A stretch of 64,000 bases of DNA, taken from the NCBI GenBank assembly GCA_016278505.1, contig JADQBQ010000005.1:36771-100770 (forward strand). The letters are read 5' to 3'. Position 1 is the first letter of the stretch. The number at the start of each line of letters is the position of its first letter. Made by a program: the position numbers and the translations under genes. The stretch comes from Clostridiales bacterium. Its GTDB lineage: Bacteria; Bacillota; Desulfotomaculia; Desulfotomaculales; VENG01. This document shows, one piece after another, positions 45,490 to 54,915 of this stretch. The notes below the pieces were generated by a model, which saw only the letters and a program-made list of their open reading frames with translations, searched no databases and had not been told where the DNA came from.

Positions 45490-46146
45490 ATGAAAATAAG
45501 TTCTAGCAAAGGCAGCATATACGGAACCATTATCGGGGTTGCTGTAGCAATTCCATGCATTGTTTATTGTTATTTATTCCCACAACAGTGGCACATGCTA
45601 GTACTACCGCTATTTTACATACCTCTTGGTTTTTGGCTGGGATTATTGTATGACAGGGTTAATTTTTTAGCTAATTACGATGTATTAACCAACGTTGCCA
45701 ACCGAAGGATGTTTGAAAAAGTACTATCTCGTTACCTGAACAAAGCAGCCGGAAGTAGATTAAAACTTTCCTTAATATTTATTGACGTTGACAACTTTAA
45801 ACAGATTAATGATGTATGTGGACATGAACTTGGAGATACAGCTCTAAAAGAAATTGCAAAAAAGATCAAAGCAAATTTGCGACCTGCAGATATCGTTGGG
45901 AGAATCGGTGGAGATGAGTTTGTTATACTTTGTTGTAATATATCAAACGAAGAAAGCTCAGGGATCATTGAAAGGATCAAAAAATCAGTTAGTGAAGTAA
46001 CAATAGGAAAGTTTAAATTGAGCATCTCAGCCGGGGCTGCAGTATATCCCGAAGACGGAATTACCTCAGAAGAGTTAATTAGAACAGCAGATATGTTAAT
46101 GTATGATAACAAGTCTCACAGGAAAGCAGTAAACTCGTTCAGCTAA
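45490..46146 (+). CDS. membrane-anchored diguanylate cyclase (GGDEF domain)
   Basis: Two N-terminal TM helices followed by RIGGDEF. Confidence 0.85.
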   Translation: MKISSSKGSIYGTIIGVAVAIPCIVYCYLFPQQWHMLVLPLFYIPLGFWLGLLYDRVNFLANYDVLTNVANRRMFEKVLSRYLNKAAGSRLKLSLIFIDVDNFKQINDVCGHELGDTALKEIAKKIKANLRPADIVGRIGGDEFVILCCNISNEESSGIIERIKKSVSEVTIGKFKLSISAGAAVYPEDGITSEELIRTADMLMYDNKSHRKAVNSFS

Positions 46147-46266
46147 AGCTGAACATCAGGGCTAAAGAAATCCCTTGCTGCTGTTAACGTTGGCTTTGAT
46201 AATGTTCACCACTAGCCCGTAGTCGCTTACCAAGCGGTATATTACGGGCTAACCGGACTTTGATTA

Positions 46267-46425
46267 TCAATCTGATCTATATCCCCAATTACCCCTTTTA
46301 ATGGTTTGCCAGAACAGTCCCACCTCATGAGAAGGAAGAACGTTTACCGGTTCTCCCAATGCAAACTCACCTTTTACAATCCAACAGACAATATGCCCCC
46401 GGCAGGTCCCTTTGGCTCTCTCCAT
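46267..46425 (-). CDS. small ORF (52 aa), below the ORF-track cut-off
   Basis: Strong SD (cggaggt) 8 nt before the ATG. MERAKGTCRGHIVCWIVKGEF... has no recognised family. Confidence 0.3.
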   Translation of the reverse strand: MERAKGTCRGHIVCWIVKGEFALGEPVNVLPSHEVGLFWQTIKRGNWGYRSD

Positions 46426-46738
46426 CAGCAATTACCTCCGAAAATTATTTTCCTTATAATAGTTTAGAAAAAAGCCTCTTCCACAATTTAGAAGAGGCTT
46501 ACACATAAAAATAGGTTAAAACAATGAATCGTTGGGAGATGCAACTTTGCGTATAGGTTATTCTATCAATCTATTATCACGCATCGTTTACAAACGTTTA
46601 AACTTTTTGTGACATCCCACTACCCCTTTGTTGTTAACTAAAATGTTATATTTTTTTGCAGACAGCGAGATACATTTGTAAAATTTGCAAGGTAAAATCA
46701 ACTGTAATAATGATTATTAATGGAGGTGTTATGGCGTA

Positions 46739-46927
46739 GTGATTAAAAAATTTATCATTCTTTTTATTTTACTACTAGTTCTATTCTTATTGGCCAAGCC
46801 TATGGTATTCTTTGCCTTTTCTCTGGTGAAATTTCTTACGGGCTTACTGATATTAGGACTCTTCCTTTACGGTATCCTGGTAATATTGCCTAAAATAGCA
46901 GCTCACTTCAATAAAAGAGCACGCTAA
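46739..46927 (+). CDS. small 2-TM membrane protein
   Basis: 62 aa, hydrophobic, lying 38 nt upstream of the peptidase gene. Confidence 0.4.
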   Translation: MIKKFIILFILLLVLFLLAKPMVFFAFSLVKFLTGLLILGLFLYGILVILPKIAAHFNKRAR

Positions 46928-46965
46928 ATCAGTTCCCTTACAAAAAAACCTGATAGGAGTACTAA

Positions 46966-48282
46966 ATGGGAAAAAGAAAACTTGCTATTTTAATCGCTAT
47001 TTTAGGCCTGCTGCTATTATCCGTTTTCGTTGGGTGGATGTATCAGGCAAGACCGTATAAAGAAGTATTTGCAGTGAAAATTGACGGCGAACTAATTGGA
47101 TATGTTGAAGAACCCGGCATGATAGAAAAAGAGATTAATTTTATTGAAAACGAACTTCATAATAAGGGATACCCCAAAATTAATTTGAAGGAAAATGTTC
47201 AGACCACCCCGGAAAGAAAAAAGGATGCGGAACTTTTTGACAGCCAGGAGTTACGATCAATTTTGGAGGACAAGCTTACTTTTAGCACACAGGCAACAGC
47301 GATAATTATTGACGGTAAAGAAATTATGGCAGTCCAAAACCAGGCTGCTGCCCGTTCAGTTTTGGAAGTATTGAAGGACAGATATTCCACACAGGACACC
47401 CAAAAAGTATCGTTTAAGGAAGAAATCAGTTATTCTGACCGGCAGTTTTCCGTAAAATTAATCCGCACTAAGCTTGAAGCAGCAAACTATCTCCTTGACT
47501 TACAAAAATCTGTTTCATATGAAGTAAAGAAAGGCGATACTATATGGAGTATAGCTAACAAGAATAGCTTGAGTGAGAAAGATATTATTAACGTGAACCC
47601 TTCCATTAATCCTGAATTAATAAAACCAGGTGAGAGAATTATTTTACCAGGGAAAAAAGCCTTAACGGTAATTACCACAGAAAAGAACAGTTCCAAGGAA
47701 AAGGTTCCATTCAAGACAGAATCTCAATGGAATTCTTCATTGCCATACGGAAAAACAAAAGTTGTCAGAAACGGCAGTCCGGGGCTGAAACAGGTAGTAT
47801 ACGAAGTCACTTTTTATAACGGTATCAAAGTAAAAACAAATAAGCTTTCAGAAAAAATAATTGAAGAGCCGGTAAACAAAATAATAGAAAAAGGCTCTCA
47901 ACGACAAGTCTCCCGCAGCGGGCGATTCATTCGCCCCACAACCGGTCCCATTTCTTCTTATTTTGGGCCAAGATGGGGAACAACTCACAGGGGAATTGAT
48001 TATGCCGCACCCTATGGGGAAGCTGCTAAAGCATCTGCTTCAGGTACCGTAAACTATGCCGGCTGGGCAAATGGCTATGGGCAAGTAGTTTATATTCAAC
48101 ACCGAAACGGCCTAACAACAAGATATGCACATCTTTCCAAGGTAGCAGTGTCTAGCGGGCAGCAAGTTGCCGGGGGACAAGTAATTGGCCAAGTTGGGGC
48201 AACCGGGAATGCAACAGGTCCCAACCTTCATTTTGAAGTAAGGAAAAATGGGATACCACAGAACCCGTTAAATTATCTCTAG
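46966..48282 (+). CDS. M23-family peptidoglycan metalloendopeptidase with LysM and G5-like domains
   Basis: LysM (YEVKKGDTIWSIA...), a G5-like block, and the M23 motifs HRGIDYAAP and GPNLHFEVRKNG. Confidence 0.85.
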   Translation: MGKRKLAILIAILGLLLLSVFVGWMYQARPYKEVFAVKIDGELIGYVEEPGMIEKEINFIENELHNKGYPKINLKENVQTTPERKKDAELFDSQELRSILEDKLTFSTQATAIIIDGKEIMAVQNQAAARSVLEVLKDRYSTQDTQKVSFKEEISYSDRQFSVKLIRTKLEAANYLLDLQKSVSYEVKKGDTIWSIANKNSLSEKDIINVNPSINPELIKPGERIILPGKKALTVITTEKNSSKEKVPFKTESQWNSSLPYGKTKVVRNGSPGLKQVVYEVTFYNGIKVKTNKLSEKIIEEPVNKIIEKGSQRQVSRSGRFIRPTTGPISSYFGPRWGTTHRGIDYAAPYGEAAKASASGTVNYAGWANGYGQVVYIQHRNGLTTRYAHLSKVAVSSGQQVAGGQVIGQVGATGNATGPNLHFEVRKNGIPQNPLNYL

Positions 48283-48428
48283 CAATTAAGATTAGTCCAT
48301 TTCGCTTCCAAAGGCAATTGTTACAGATTAGTTAAATTGTCTTATACGGATTGTAACATTCATTTGTTAGTATTTCATTAACGCCTCTTACAAAATAATA
48401 CCTCCATCATTTTTAAGTTCTTCTTTGC

Positions 48429-48461
48429 AAAAAATCCCGATTCCAACAATCGGGATTTTTT
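48429..48461 (+). terminator. intrinsic terminator, AAATCCCGAT hairpin family member 3
   Basis: aaaaaatcccgatt-ccaac-aatcgggatttttt. Confidence 0.7.
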
Positions 48462-48549
48462 GTGCGCCCCAAAAGTCCATGGATAGTGAATGAAATTTAG
48501 ATTTATAGGCATAATAAACTAGGAATAAATTTCGAGGAGGCATATAAAA

Positions 48550-48894
48550 ATGGGTGTTCTACCAAATTCGCCTAAATCTATGGATAACTGTATTGAGGAG
48601 TGTGTAAAATGTGCAAGAGCCTGTGATGAGTGTTTTACGGCTTGCATGGGAGAACCTGATGTAAAAGACAGAATTCAATGCATTAAAACTCTTAATGACT
48701 GTGCCGAAATCTGTGTGCAAGCCGTTCAATATATGTCCAGGAACAGCCTTCATGCTAAGTCTTTATGTGAGGTATGTGCTGAAATTTGCGAAGCTTGTGC
48801 CAAAGAATGCGATAAATTTCATGATGAACATTGTAAGGAATGTGCAAGAATCTGCCGTGAATGTGCACAAGCTTGTAGGGAAATGGCCGTTTAG
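48550..48894 (+). CDS. Cys-rich four-helix-bundle copper-binding-type protein (DUF326 family)
   Basis: 114 aa with repeated C..C...C...C heptad-like motifs (CIEECVKCARACDEC, CAEICVQA, CAEICEACAKECD, CKECARICRECAQAC). Confidence 0.8.
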   Translation: MGVLPNSPKSMDNCIEECVKCARACDECFTACMGEPDVKDRIQCIKTLNDCAEICVQAVQYMSRNSLHAKSLCEVCAEICEACAKECDKFHDEHCKECARICRECAQACREMAV

Positions 48895-48986
48895 GAAATC
48901 AATCGGAAGTTAGTAGGTGGGGGAAAATCCCCATCAGAAGCAATAAATAAGCCTCTTCTATACGAAGAGGCTTATTTAAAAGTAGG

Positions 48987-49352
48987 TTAATTGGAATTGT
49001 AATTTCCGTTCATTCCGTAGCCGTAACCGCCCATCATGCCCATCATACCGTTATAACCCATCTGGTTATGGAAGTCATTCATGTAAGCAAAGTGGTCCTG
49101 CCATGCTTGGGCTTGTGCTGGATAGTTATAGTTACGCCCTTTCGATGAGGAATCCTGGGGTGTGTCTTGACCGGTATCAACAGCGTCATCTGCTGCAGGC
49201 ATTACCGTCATGTCCTGGTAATCTGCATTCATCACATTTGGATAATTGCTTGTGTCCATCCGGGCACTCTGCCACGATGCAAAGGCTGTTGGTGCCACAA
49301 TAGCTGCAACCAGTAAAACTCCTAAAATCAATATCCATACTTTTCCTTTCAC
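48987..49352 (-). CDS. secreted Met/Gly/Tyr-rich small protein (family member 3)
   Basis: GTG at 49352 lies 7 nt after ggagg. Signal peptide ending AFA-SW, an AWQDHFAYMNDFHNQM core and a GMMGMMGGYGYGMNGNY tail. Confidence 0.6.
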   Translation of the reverse strand: MKGKVWILILGVLLVAAIVAPTAFASWQSARMDTSNYPNVMNADYQDMTVMPAADDAVDTGQDTPQDSSSKGRNYNYPAQAQAWQDHFAYMNDFHNQMGYNGMMGMMGGYGYGMNGNYNSN

Positions 49353-49460
49353 GCTCTTACCTCCATTAAAAATTATCTTATTGAGATAATTATACCAAGC
49401 CAAAGTTACATACCAAGAACGAAATCGTTACATTAATTTAACAACCATATCATTATGACT

Positions 49461-49646
49461 TCAGCCTTTTCCATGCTGGTGCTTATCATTACTACAGCAG
49501 TCACCTGGTTTTTTTTCGGAAGCGGCATGATCACCAGATTGGTCTGAGTGATCATGCCCACCGCAGCACCCACCTTTCCTACTCATCATCCAAACCATAA
49601 GCCCGCCAATTAAGATGTAAGGAAGAAAATTATACAAGGAATCCAC
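49461..49646 (-). CDS. small membrane protein with Cys/His-rich tail (DUF2933-like)
   Basis: 61 aa with one TM followed by GGCCGGHDHSD...DCCSNDKHQHG. Confidence 0.5.
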   Translation of the reverse strand: MDSLYNFLPYILIGGLMVWMMSRKGGCCGGHDHSDQSGDHAASEKKPGDCCSNDKHQHGKG

Positions 49647-49823
49647 TTTTTCTCACCACCTTCTAACATAAATATTTTCATACTTAATTTTATCCATCTA
49701 CTATCACAATTCTATTACAAATCACTGAACTCTTTATAACATCGCTTAATGATTAAAAGCAGTCATAAACAATATAAGACACCCCTTTTAAGGGATGTCT
49801 TATATTGTTTCTCTTAAGTTATA

Positions 49824-50387
49824 TTAACGGTGCATTCCACCATTGCTGCTCCCACCTGAATGGGAATTGCTGCTGTCAGCTTTTTGCATTTGGTCAGTCA
49901 TGTCAGCCTGCACATCTACCATCTGATCCTGCATATCTTTTTGTACATCAGACATCTGTGCTTGCATATCTTCATGAACTTCAGTCATATCTTGAGTGTC
50001 TACATTGTTGGCTTCATGAACATCCTGCATTTGCTTCTGTAATTCAGCATCATTCGTCATTTCAGTTCCCATCTGTAAGTTAGCTGAACTATCTTCATCT
50101 TCATCTGTAACTGCATCATCATTGTTTTCATTATTAGCTTCATCGTCTGCTTCCTCTTCATCGGTGGTAGCTTCATCTTCTGTTTCATCAACATCATCTG
50201 TGTTTTCATCGCTAGCTTCATCTTGATCTGCGGATGTAGTGTTTACATCTTCCATTGCAGCATTCATCTCATCTACAGTCATCTGTGCATTACTAACAGT
50301 AGCCGCGTTCGCTATACCGACAAGTGCAATTCCTAATACAATTATAAAGAATGTCAACAACAACCTATGCTTTCCCATCTTTGCCAT
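49824..50387 (-). CDS. secreted acidic Met/Asp/Gln-rich protein (family member 4)
   Basis: The ATG at 50387 has SD ggagga. Signal peptide, a poly-acidic stretch, repeated D/M/Q/V-H motifs and a tail GGSSNGGMHR. Confidence 0.55.
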   Translation of the reverse strand: MAKMGKHRLLLTFFIIVLGIALVGIANAATVSNAQMTVDEMNAAMEDVNTTSADQDEASDENTDDVDETEDEATTDEEEADDEANNENNDDAVTDEDEDSSANLQMGTEMTNDAELQKQMQDVHEANNVDTQDMTEVHEDMQAQMSDVQKDMQDQMVDVQADMTDQMQKADSSNSHSGGSSNGGMHR

Positions 50388-50470
50388 GCTTAATTCCTCC
50401 TTAAGTAATAAATAAATTAGATTTAAAGTTATACGGCTTTTTAACTCACCTCCCTTTGCCGTTTTCAATT

Positions 50471-50504
50471 AGTTATTCGAAGATGTTAATTAATTTAGGA
50501 GGGT
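50471..50504 (-). promoter_or_regulatory. candidate SigI-type promoter
   Basis: The minus strand reads TTACCCTCC-N18-CGAATAACTAATTGAAAACGGCAAAG. Confidence 0.45.
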
Positions 50505-50716
50505 AATTACTAAATCCAGGCTATAAATTATTTTGTTATTAATAAACCGGCTTAGTGGCTGGTTCCCCTTGGCTGATTTTTTAAAATCTGTTAGTGGTAT
50601 GGCAATTTATACACTTGAGTTATTTTAAAAAAACGTTAAAATGGAATATAGTCGACATTTCTGCAGCACTTACATTTTACATTTCGGTACTTTAGAATTG
50701 AAAGGTTGAGAAATAA

Positions 50717-52165
50717 ATGAAGATGTTTAAGAAAAGCATAATGCTTCAATTGTGGCTGGTAATGACTTTGCTTGTTTTAACGACTTTATGGCTAATCGGT
50801 TTTGTACAAACAAAAGTACTCGAACAAACCTATTACGGCCAGCATATTAACCAACTGACCATAGAAGGACAGAAGGTAGTAAATAAAGTACAATCTGGTG
50901 AAAACCCTGCTGATTTGAGTACACTCTCTCATATACTGGGGTTGAATATTATGATTGTTAATGAAGAGGGTTATATACAGGAGTGCCGGGGAATGGGCAT
51001 GGACATGTCCCCCGGGACAGATGTCGATGTGTTTGGTCATCACGGGATCCCTTGGGGAAAAGAAGAGTTTGAGAAAATCCTGCAGGGAGAAGAAATGCAT
51101 TATATAGGGAGAAACACCTTAATTGACCAGGATGTGCTTTCTGTCGCTCTACCATATCAGGCTCCACAGGAAAAGGGTATGGTCATGGTGAGCGCCCCCC
51201 TTGCCCCTATTACCGAAAGAGTATCAATATTACAAAGAGTGACTGTTTATACAGGAATCGGGGGCATCCTTTTGGCAACCCTGCTGAGCCTTTTTCTCTC
51301 CCGCAGTGTGTCGTTCCCCCTGGTAAAAATGAATAAGGTTGCCTCTGCTATATCAAGGGGTGATTACAGCAACCGGCTTAATATTTACCGAGAAGATGAA
51401 ATAGGTGTATTAGCAAATACCCTGAATTCCATGTCACAGGAAATTGAAGAAAAGATATCGGCCATCGAAAGAATGGATAACGCCAGGCGTGATTTTATAG
51501 CTAATGTTTCTCATGAACTGCGAACGCCGCTGTCGGTGATGCAGGCATGTAATGAAGCGTTAACGGATGACATAGCTGAAACAGAGGAAGAAAGACAGGA
51601 ATACCTGGAAAGCATTAATCAGGAAATTTTACGATTACGTCGCCTTGTTTCTGAGGTACTGGATTTACGTAAATTAGAATCCGGAAATGCGGATTTCAGT
51701 TTCTACCCGGTAAATGTTACGTCACTAATACACGAAGTTACAAAGATATTTAATACGGTTGCCTTGAAAAAAAATATCGATTTGCAGTTAAACCTGGAAG
51801 GAGAAGTGCCGGACATTAGGGCAAACAAAGATAAGATTAAGCAGGTTTTTGTCAACCTCTTGGATAATGCTATGAAAGCAACCCCGGAAGGCAGCAATAT
51901 AAAGGTAGAAATGGCAAAGGCCAATGGGTTTGTCAAATTTGAGGTTAAAGATTCCGGTACTGGAATTGACCAAAATGAACAACAGCTTATCTGGGAAAGG
52001 TTCTATAAAGCAGACAAATCCAGAAACCGCTCCGGCTTCGGAACCGGCCTTGGCTTGCCTCTTGTTAAAAGGATTGTGGAAGCTCACGGAGGGGAAATCT
52101 GGGTTGAAAGCTCCCCTGGTGAAGGCGCAGCCTTTATTTTCACACTTCCCGCTGTCACCGACTAA
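50717..52165 (+). CDS. sensor histidine kinase (HAMP-HisKA-HATPase)
   Basis: H-box VSHELRTPL and G box GTGLGLPLV. Convergent with the OmpR-type regulator. Confidence 0.85.
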   Translation: MKMFKKSIMLQLWLVMTLLVLTTLWLIGFVQTKVLEQTYYGQHINQLTIEGQKVVNKVQSGENPADLSTLSHILGLNIMIVNEEGYIQECRGMGMDMSPGTDVDVFGHHGIPWGKEEFEKILQGEEMHYIGRNTLIDQDVLSVALPYQAPQEKGMVMVSAPLAPITERVSILQRVTVYTGIGGILLATLLSLFLSRSVSFPLVKMNKVASAISRGDYSNRLNIYREDEIGVLANTLNSMSQEIEEKISAIERMDNARRDFIANVSHELRTPLSVMQACNEALTDDIAETEEERQEYLESINQEILRLRRLVSEVLDLRKLESGNADFSFYPVNVTSLIHEVTKIFNTVALKKNIDLQLNLEGEVPDIRANKDKIKQVFVNLLDNAMKATPEGSNIKVEMAKANGFVKFEVKDSGTGIDQNEQQLIWERFYKADKSRNRSGFGTGLGLPLVKRIVEAHGGEIWVESSPGEGAAFIFTLPAVTD

Positions 52166-52217
52166 TGAAAAGAGAGGAAGGCCCTAAATGGACCTTCCTC
52201 CCTCAATTTCTCTTTAA

Positions 52218-52925
52218 CTATTTCTTGCCCTCGGATGGTGGCTCAAACTTATAACCCACTCCCCAAACAGTATTAACATAAGATGTCTCATTACTGGCCG
52301 TGGCCAATTTTTCTCGCAAGCGATTAATATGGGTGTCTACCGTTCGCGCGTCACCTAAATAATTATACCCCCATACCGACTCCAATATATTTTCTCTGCT
52401 AAAAATCCTGCCGGGTGAACCTGCCAAAATGTATAGGATATCAAACTCTTTAGGTGTAAGTGTTACATTTTGATCATTGATAATGACCTTCCGAGTGTCA
52501 AGATTTATGGATATACCCTCAAAAGTTAAAATACTTTTCTTATCCTGTGAAGAACTTTTATCTGCAGCCCGTCTTAGCACCGCCTTTACCCTGGCCACCA
52601 ACTCCCTGGGTGAAAACGGCTTTACAACATAGTCGTCCGCCCCCATTTCAAGTCCTAAAATCCTGTCAATCTCATCCTCCCTCGCCGTTAGCATAATTAT
52701 AGGGACATCACTGGTCTTTCTTAACTCGCGACAGACTTCCCAACCATCGGCTCCCGGCATCATGATGTCCAGAACAACCAGATCCGGACTGCATTTTTTA
52801 AATTCTTCTATGGCATCCAGACCGTTAGAGCACTCAATAACATTAAAATCTTCTTTCTCCAAATATTTTTTAACAATTTGACAGATCTTTTCCTCATCAT
52901 CTGCAATTAAAACCGTATTTTTCAC
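52218..52925 (-). CDS. OmpR/PhoB-family response regulator
   Basis: Receiver domain (ADDEE...VLDIMMPG...KPF) plus a winged-helix output domain (TVDTHINRLREKL...VWGVGYKF). Confidence 0.9.
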   Translation of the reverse strand: MKNTVLIADDEEKICQIVKKYLEKEDFNVIECSNGLDAIEEFKKCSPDLVVLDIMMPGADGWEVCRELRKTSDVPIIMLTAREDEIDRILGLEMGADDYVVKPFSPRELVARVKAVLRRAADKSSSQDKKSILTFEGISINLDTRKVIINDQNVTLTPKEFDILYILAGSPGRIFSRENILESVWGYNYLGDARTVDTHINRLREKLATASNETSYVNTVWGVGYKFEPPSEGKK

Positions 52926-53002
52926 AAGCTACCACCTTTTTCTGCAAATTATCTTAAAAAGATATTACCACATATCAATACTATCTCTCAAATTAAAGTT
53001 AA

Positions 53003-54115
53003 TTAATGTCCATTCTCCATGTATTGATTCATTTGATCAGTATTAGGCATATTTCCTTCGTACCAGTCTTCATGCACCCTGTAATCAGAGCGATCCTGCT
53101 TTTTATCTTCAGTTGTTGCCGAATGCATGTTATCGTCCGGTTCATTTACATTATTCATCATAGGAATGTCATTCATTTCATTCACCTGCATGCCGGTATC
53201 GTTGGTAGAATCATTATCCCCCGACATACCATTCATATTATTACCGTGATTAGGCATTTCGTTGCCCTGGCCATCTTCATTCACGCTGCCTGGCATTTCA
53301 GAATTGTTTTGCATATGGTTATTGTTTTCTTTATTCATTCCTGTTTCATAGTGATATCCCTCAAACATTGAGCTTACCTCTTTGCTTTCTGTTAGTTCCA
53401 TCATGTTTCTGTCATTCATTTCCTCAGCAGAAATATTGTTTCCTATTTCATGATAACGGTTCATAACCATATACCTGTTCACGGACAAGCCTTCGTTTAA
53501 AGCTTTTTCCCGCTCTTTTTCACTACTCATTTGGATGGAAACATAACCGTTAAGTTTTTTCTCCTTAAAGGTAGCATCAATAACCGCTTGTAGATCCTTC
53601 TTGTTTACAGCATTATAGTTATCCATCGGTACCACACTAGCCAAGACCACATTATCCTTATCGTCCTTAATAAACCCTTCCGATGCCGCTCTTTCCATAA
53701 TCAAATTCACCGCTTTATATACATCAACTTCTTTTAAATCCAGCTCATCCAAGAGTTTTTGACCACCTTCGTTATACGACCGTGCACCTATCACCCTGGC
53801 ATCTTTGTCCACTTCCAATTCCAAACTGGGGTTGAAATCCAAGGCTACGTAGGCTGATGCCGGAACCGAAAATACCGTTAAATATATGCCCAGGAACATG
53901 AATAAGGCCAAAACCGCAGCAGCAGCGGGCATAAAACCTCTTACAAACATTTTTTGTTTATGTTTTTTTGTTTCGTTTGTAAAGACCTCTATTATTTCTC
54001 CAGGGTTTACAGCATGCGGCGGTGCAGGCACTTCCAAAAACTGACCATGGCAGGTATAGACGGTTACTTTGTCTTTGTTTTTATTCATTTCCATTACAAC
54101 GCCGGAAGTTTTCAT
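53003..54115 (-). CDS. rsgI: RsgI-like anti-sigma-I factor with Met/Asn/Asp/His-rich C-terminal extension
   Basis: RsgI_N-like start (GVVMEM..DKVTVYTCHGQFLEV), a single TM, and AYVALDFNPSLELEVD...NEGG...EKALNEGLS, which is colinear with B. subtilis RsgI as recalled. Confidence 0.7.
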   Translation of the reverse strand: MKTSGVVMEMNKNKDKVTVYTCHGQFLEVPAPPHAVNPGEIIEVFTNETKKHKQKMFVRGFMPAAAAVLALFMFLGIYLTVFSVPASAYVALDFNPSLELEVDKDARVIGARSYNEGGQKLLDELDLKEVDVYKAVNLIMERAASEGFIKDDKDNVVLASVVPMDNYNAVNKKDLQAVIDATFKEKKLNGYVSIQMSSEKEREKALNEGLSVNRYMVMNRYHEIGNNISAEEMNDRNMMELTESKEVSSMFEGYHYETGMNKENNNHMQNNSEMPGSVNEDGQGNEMPNHGNNMNGMSGDNDSTNDTGMQVNEMNDIPMMNNVNEPDDNMHSATTEDKKQDRSDYRVHEDWYEGNMPNTDQMNQYMENGH

Positions 54116-54134
54116 GGTAACACCTTCTTGTTGT

Positions 54135-54845
54135 TTATTGAGGAAAGGTCGTAAAATGCTTCAATCCCGACAGTTCCGGTTCAGTTAAAATCAGTGTCAA
54201 TGCAATTATATACTTTCTACCTTTCTCTATCACCTTACGACTATAACCAGTGCCTTTACATAGCTCTTTTACAGGCAGCCGTTTCCTTTCAGTGAGTTGT
54301 TCAAGTAATTCTTGATCATTCTGAAGATACTTTGCCGCCTGCATAAGGTTTTCCCTGGTATCCCTGTGTTTGGGAGAACAACTAACTAAATCCTTGAACG
54401 TTATCCCATAGCCATCCAGTTTAGTATTGAATACAGCCACTGTTTCAGAAAGGTCTGCCTGTTTTTCTTCATTTTCGAAATTTGTTATAGAAACATCTCT
54501 TTCACCTTTACTAAATTCACTATTCTCGGGATCAATAGGGATAAGGGAAGCATGTTTTTCCTTTGCTTCTTTTCTGAAGTAATCCACCAAACGTCGGTGA
54601 ATTACTTGGTAAGCAAAAGAAGTAAAAGAGGTTTTGCCGCTAGAATCATAAGAATCTATAGCTTCATTATAAGCTAATAAGGCAATGCTTAGTTCTTCAT
54701 CCACTCCCCATTCAAGGTAACGTTTACAAACGTTGGAACCTACTTTTGCAATGAATGGTTTGCCGTCCTCAATAATTTTTTCCCGCGCCCACTCATCACC
54801 GGTTTGGGCCTCTTTAATCATTTTGTCGTTAACCTGTTTGCGCAA
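54135..54845 (-). CDS. sigI: RNA polymerase sigma-I-type factor
   Basis: 236 aa sigma-70 family protein directly upstream of the RsgI-like gene, with SigI-like region 2 (SIALLAYNEAIDSYD...SFTSFAYQVIHRRLVDYFRKE). Confidence 0.75.
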   Translation of the reverse strand: MRKQVNDKMIKEAQTGDEWAREKIIEDGKPFIAKVGSNVCKRYLEWGVDEELSIALLAYNEAIDSYDSSGKTSFTSFAYQVIHRRLVDYFRKEAKEKHASLIPIDPENSEFSKGERDVSITNFENEEKQADLSETVAVFNTKLDGYGITFKDLVSCSPKHRDTRENLMQAAKYLQNDQELLEQLTERKRLPVKELCKGTGYSRKVIEKGRKYIIALTLILTEPELSGLKHFTTFPQ

Positions 54846-54915
54846 ATTTATTCACTCCAACCCTTTTGGGATCTAATAAGAATGACAGTGGATGGAGCTT
54901 TGCCGTTTTTCACCC

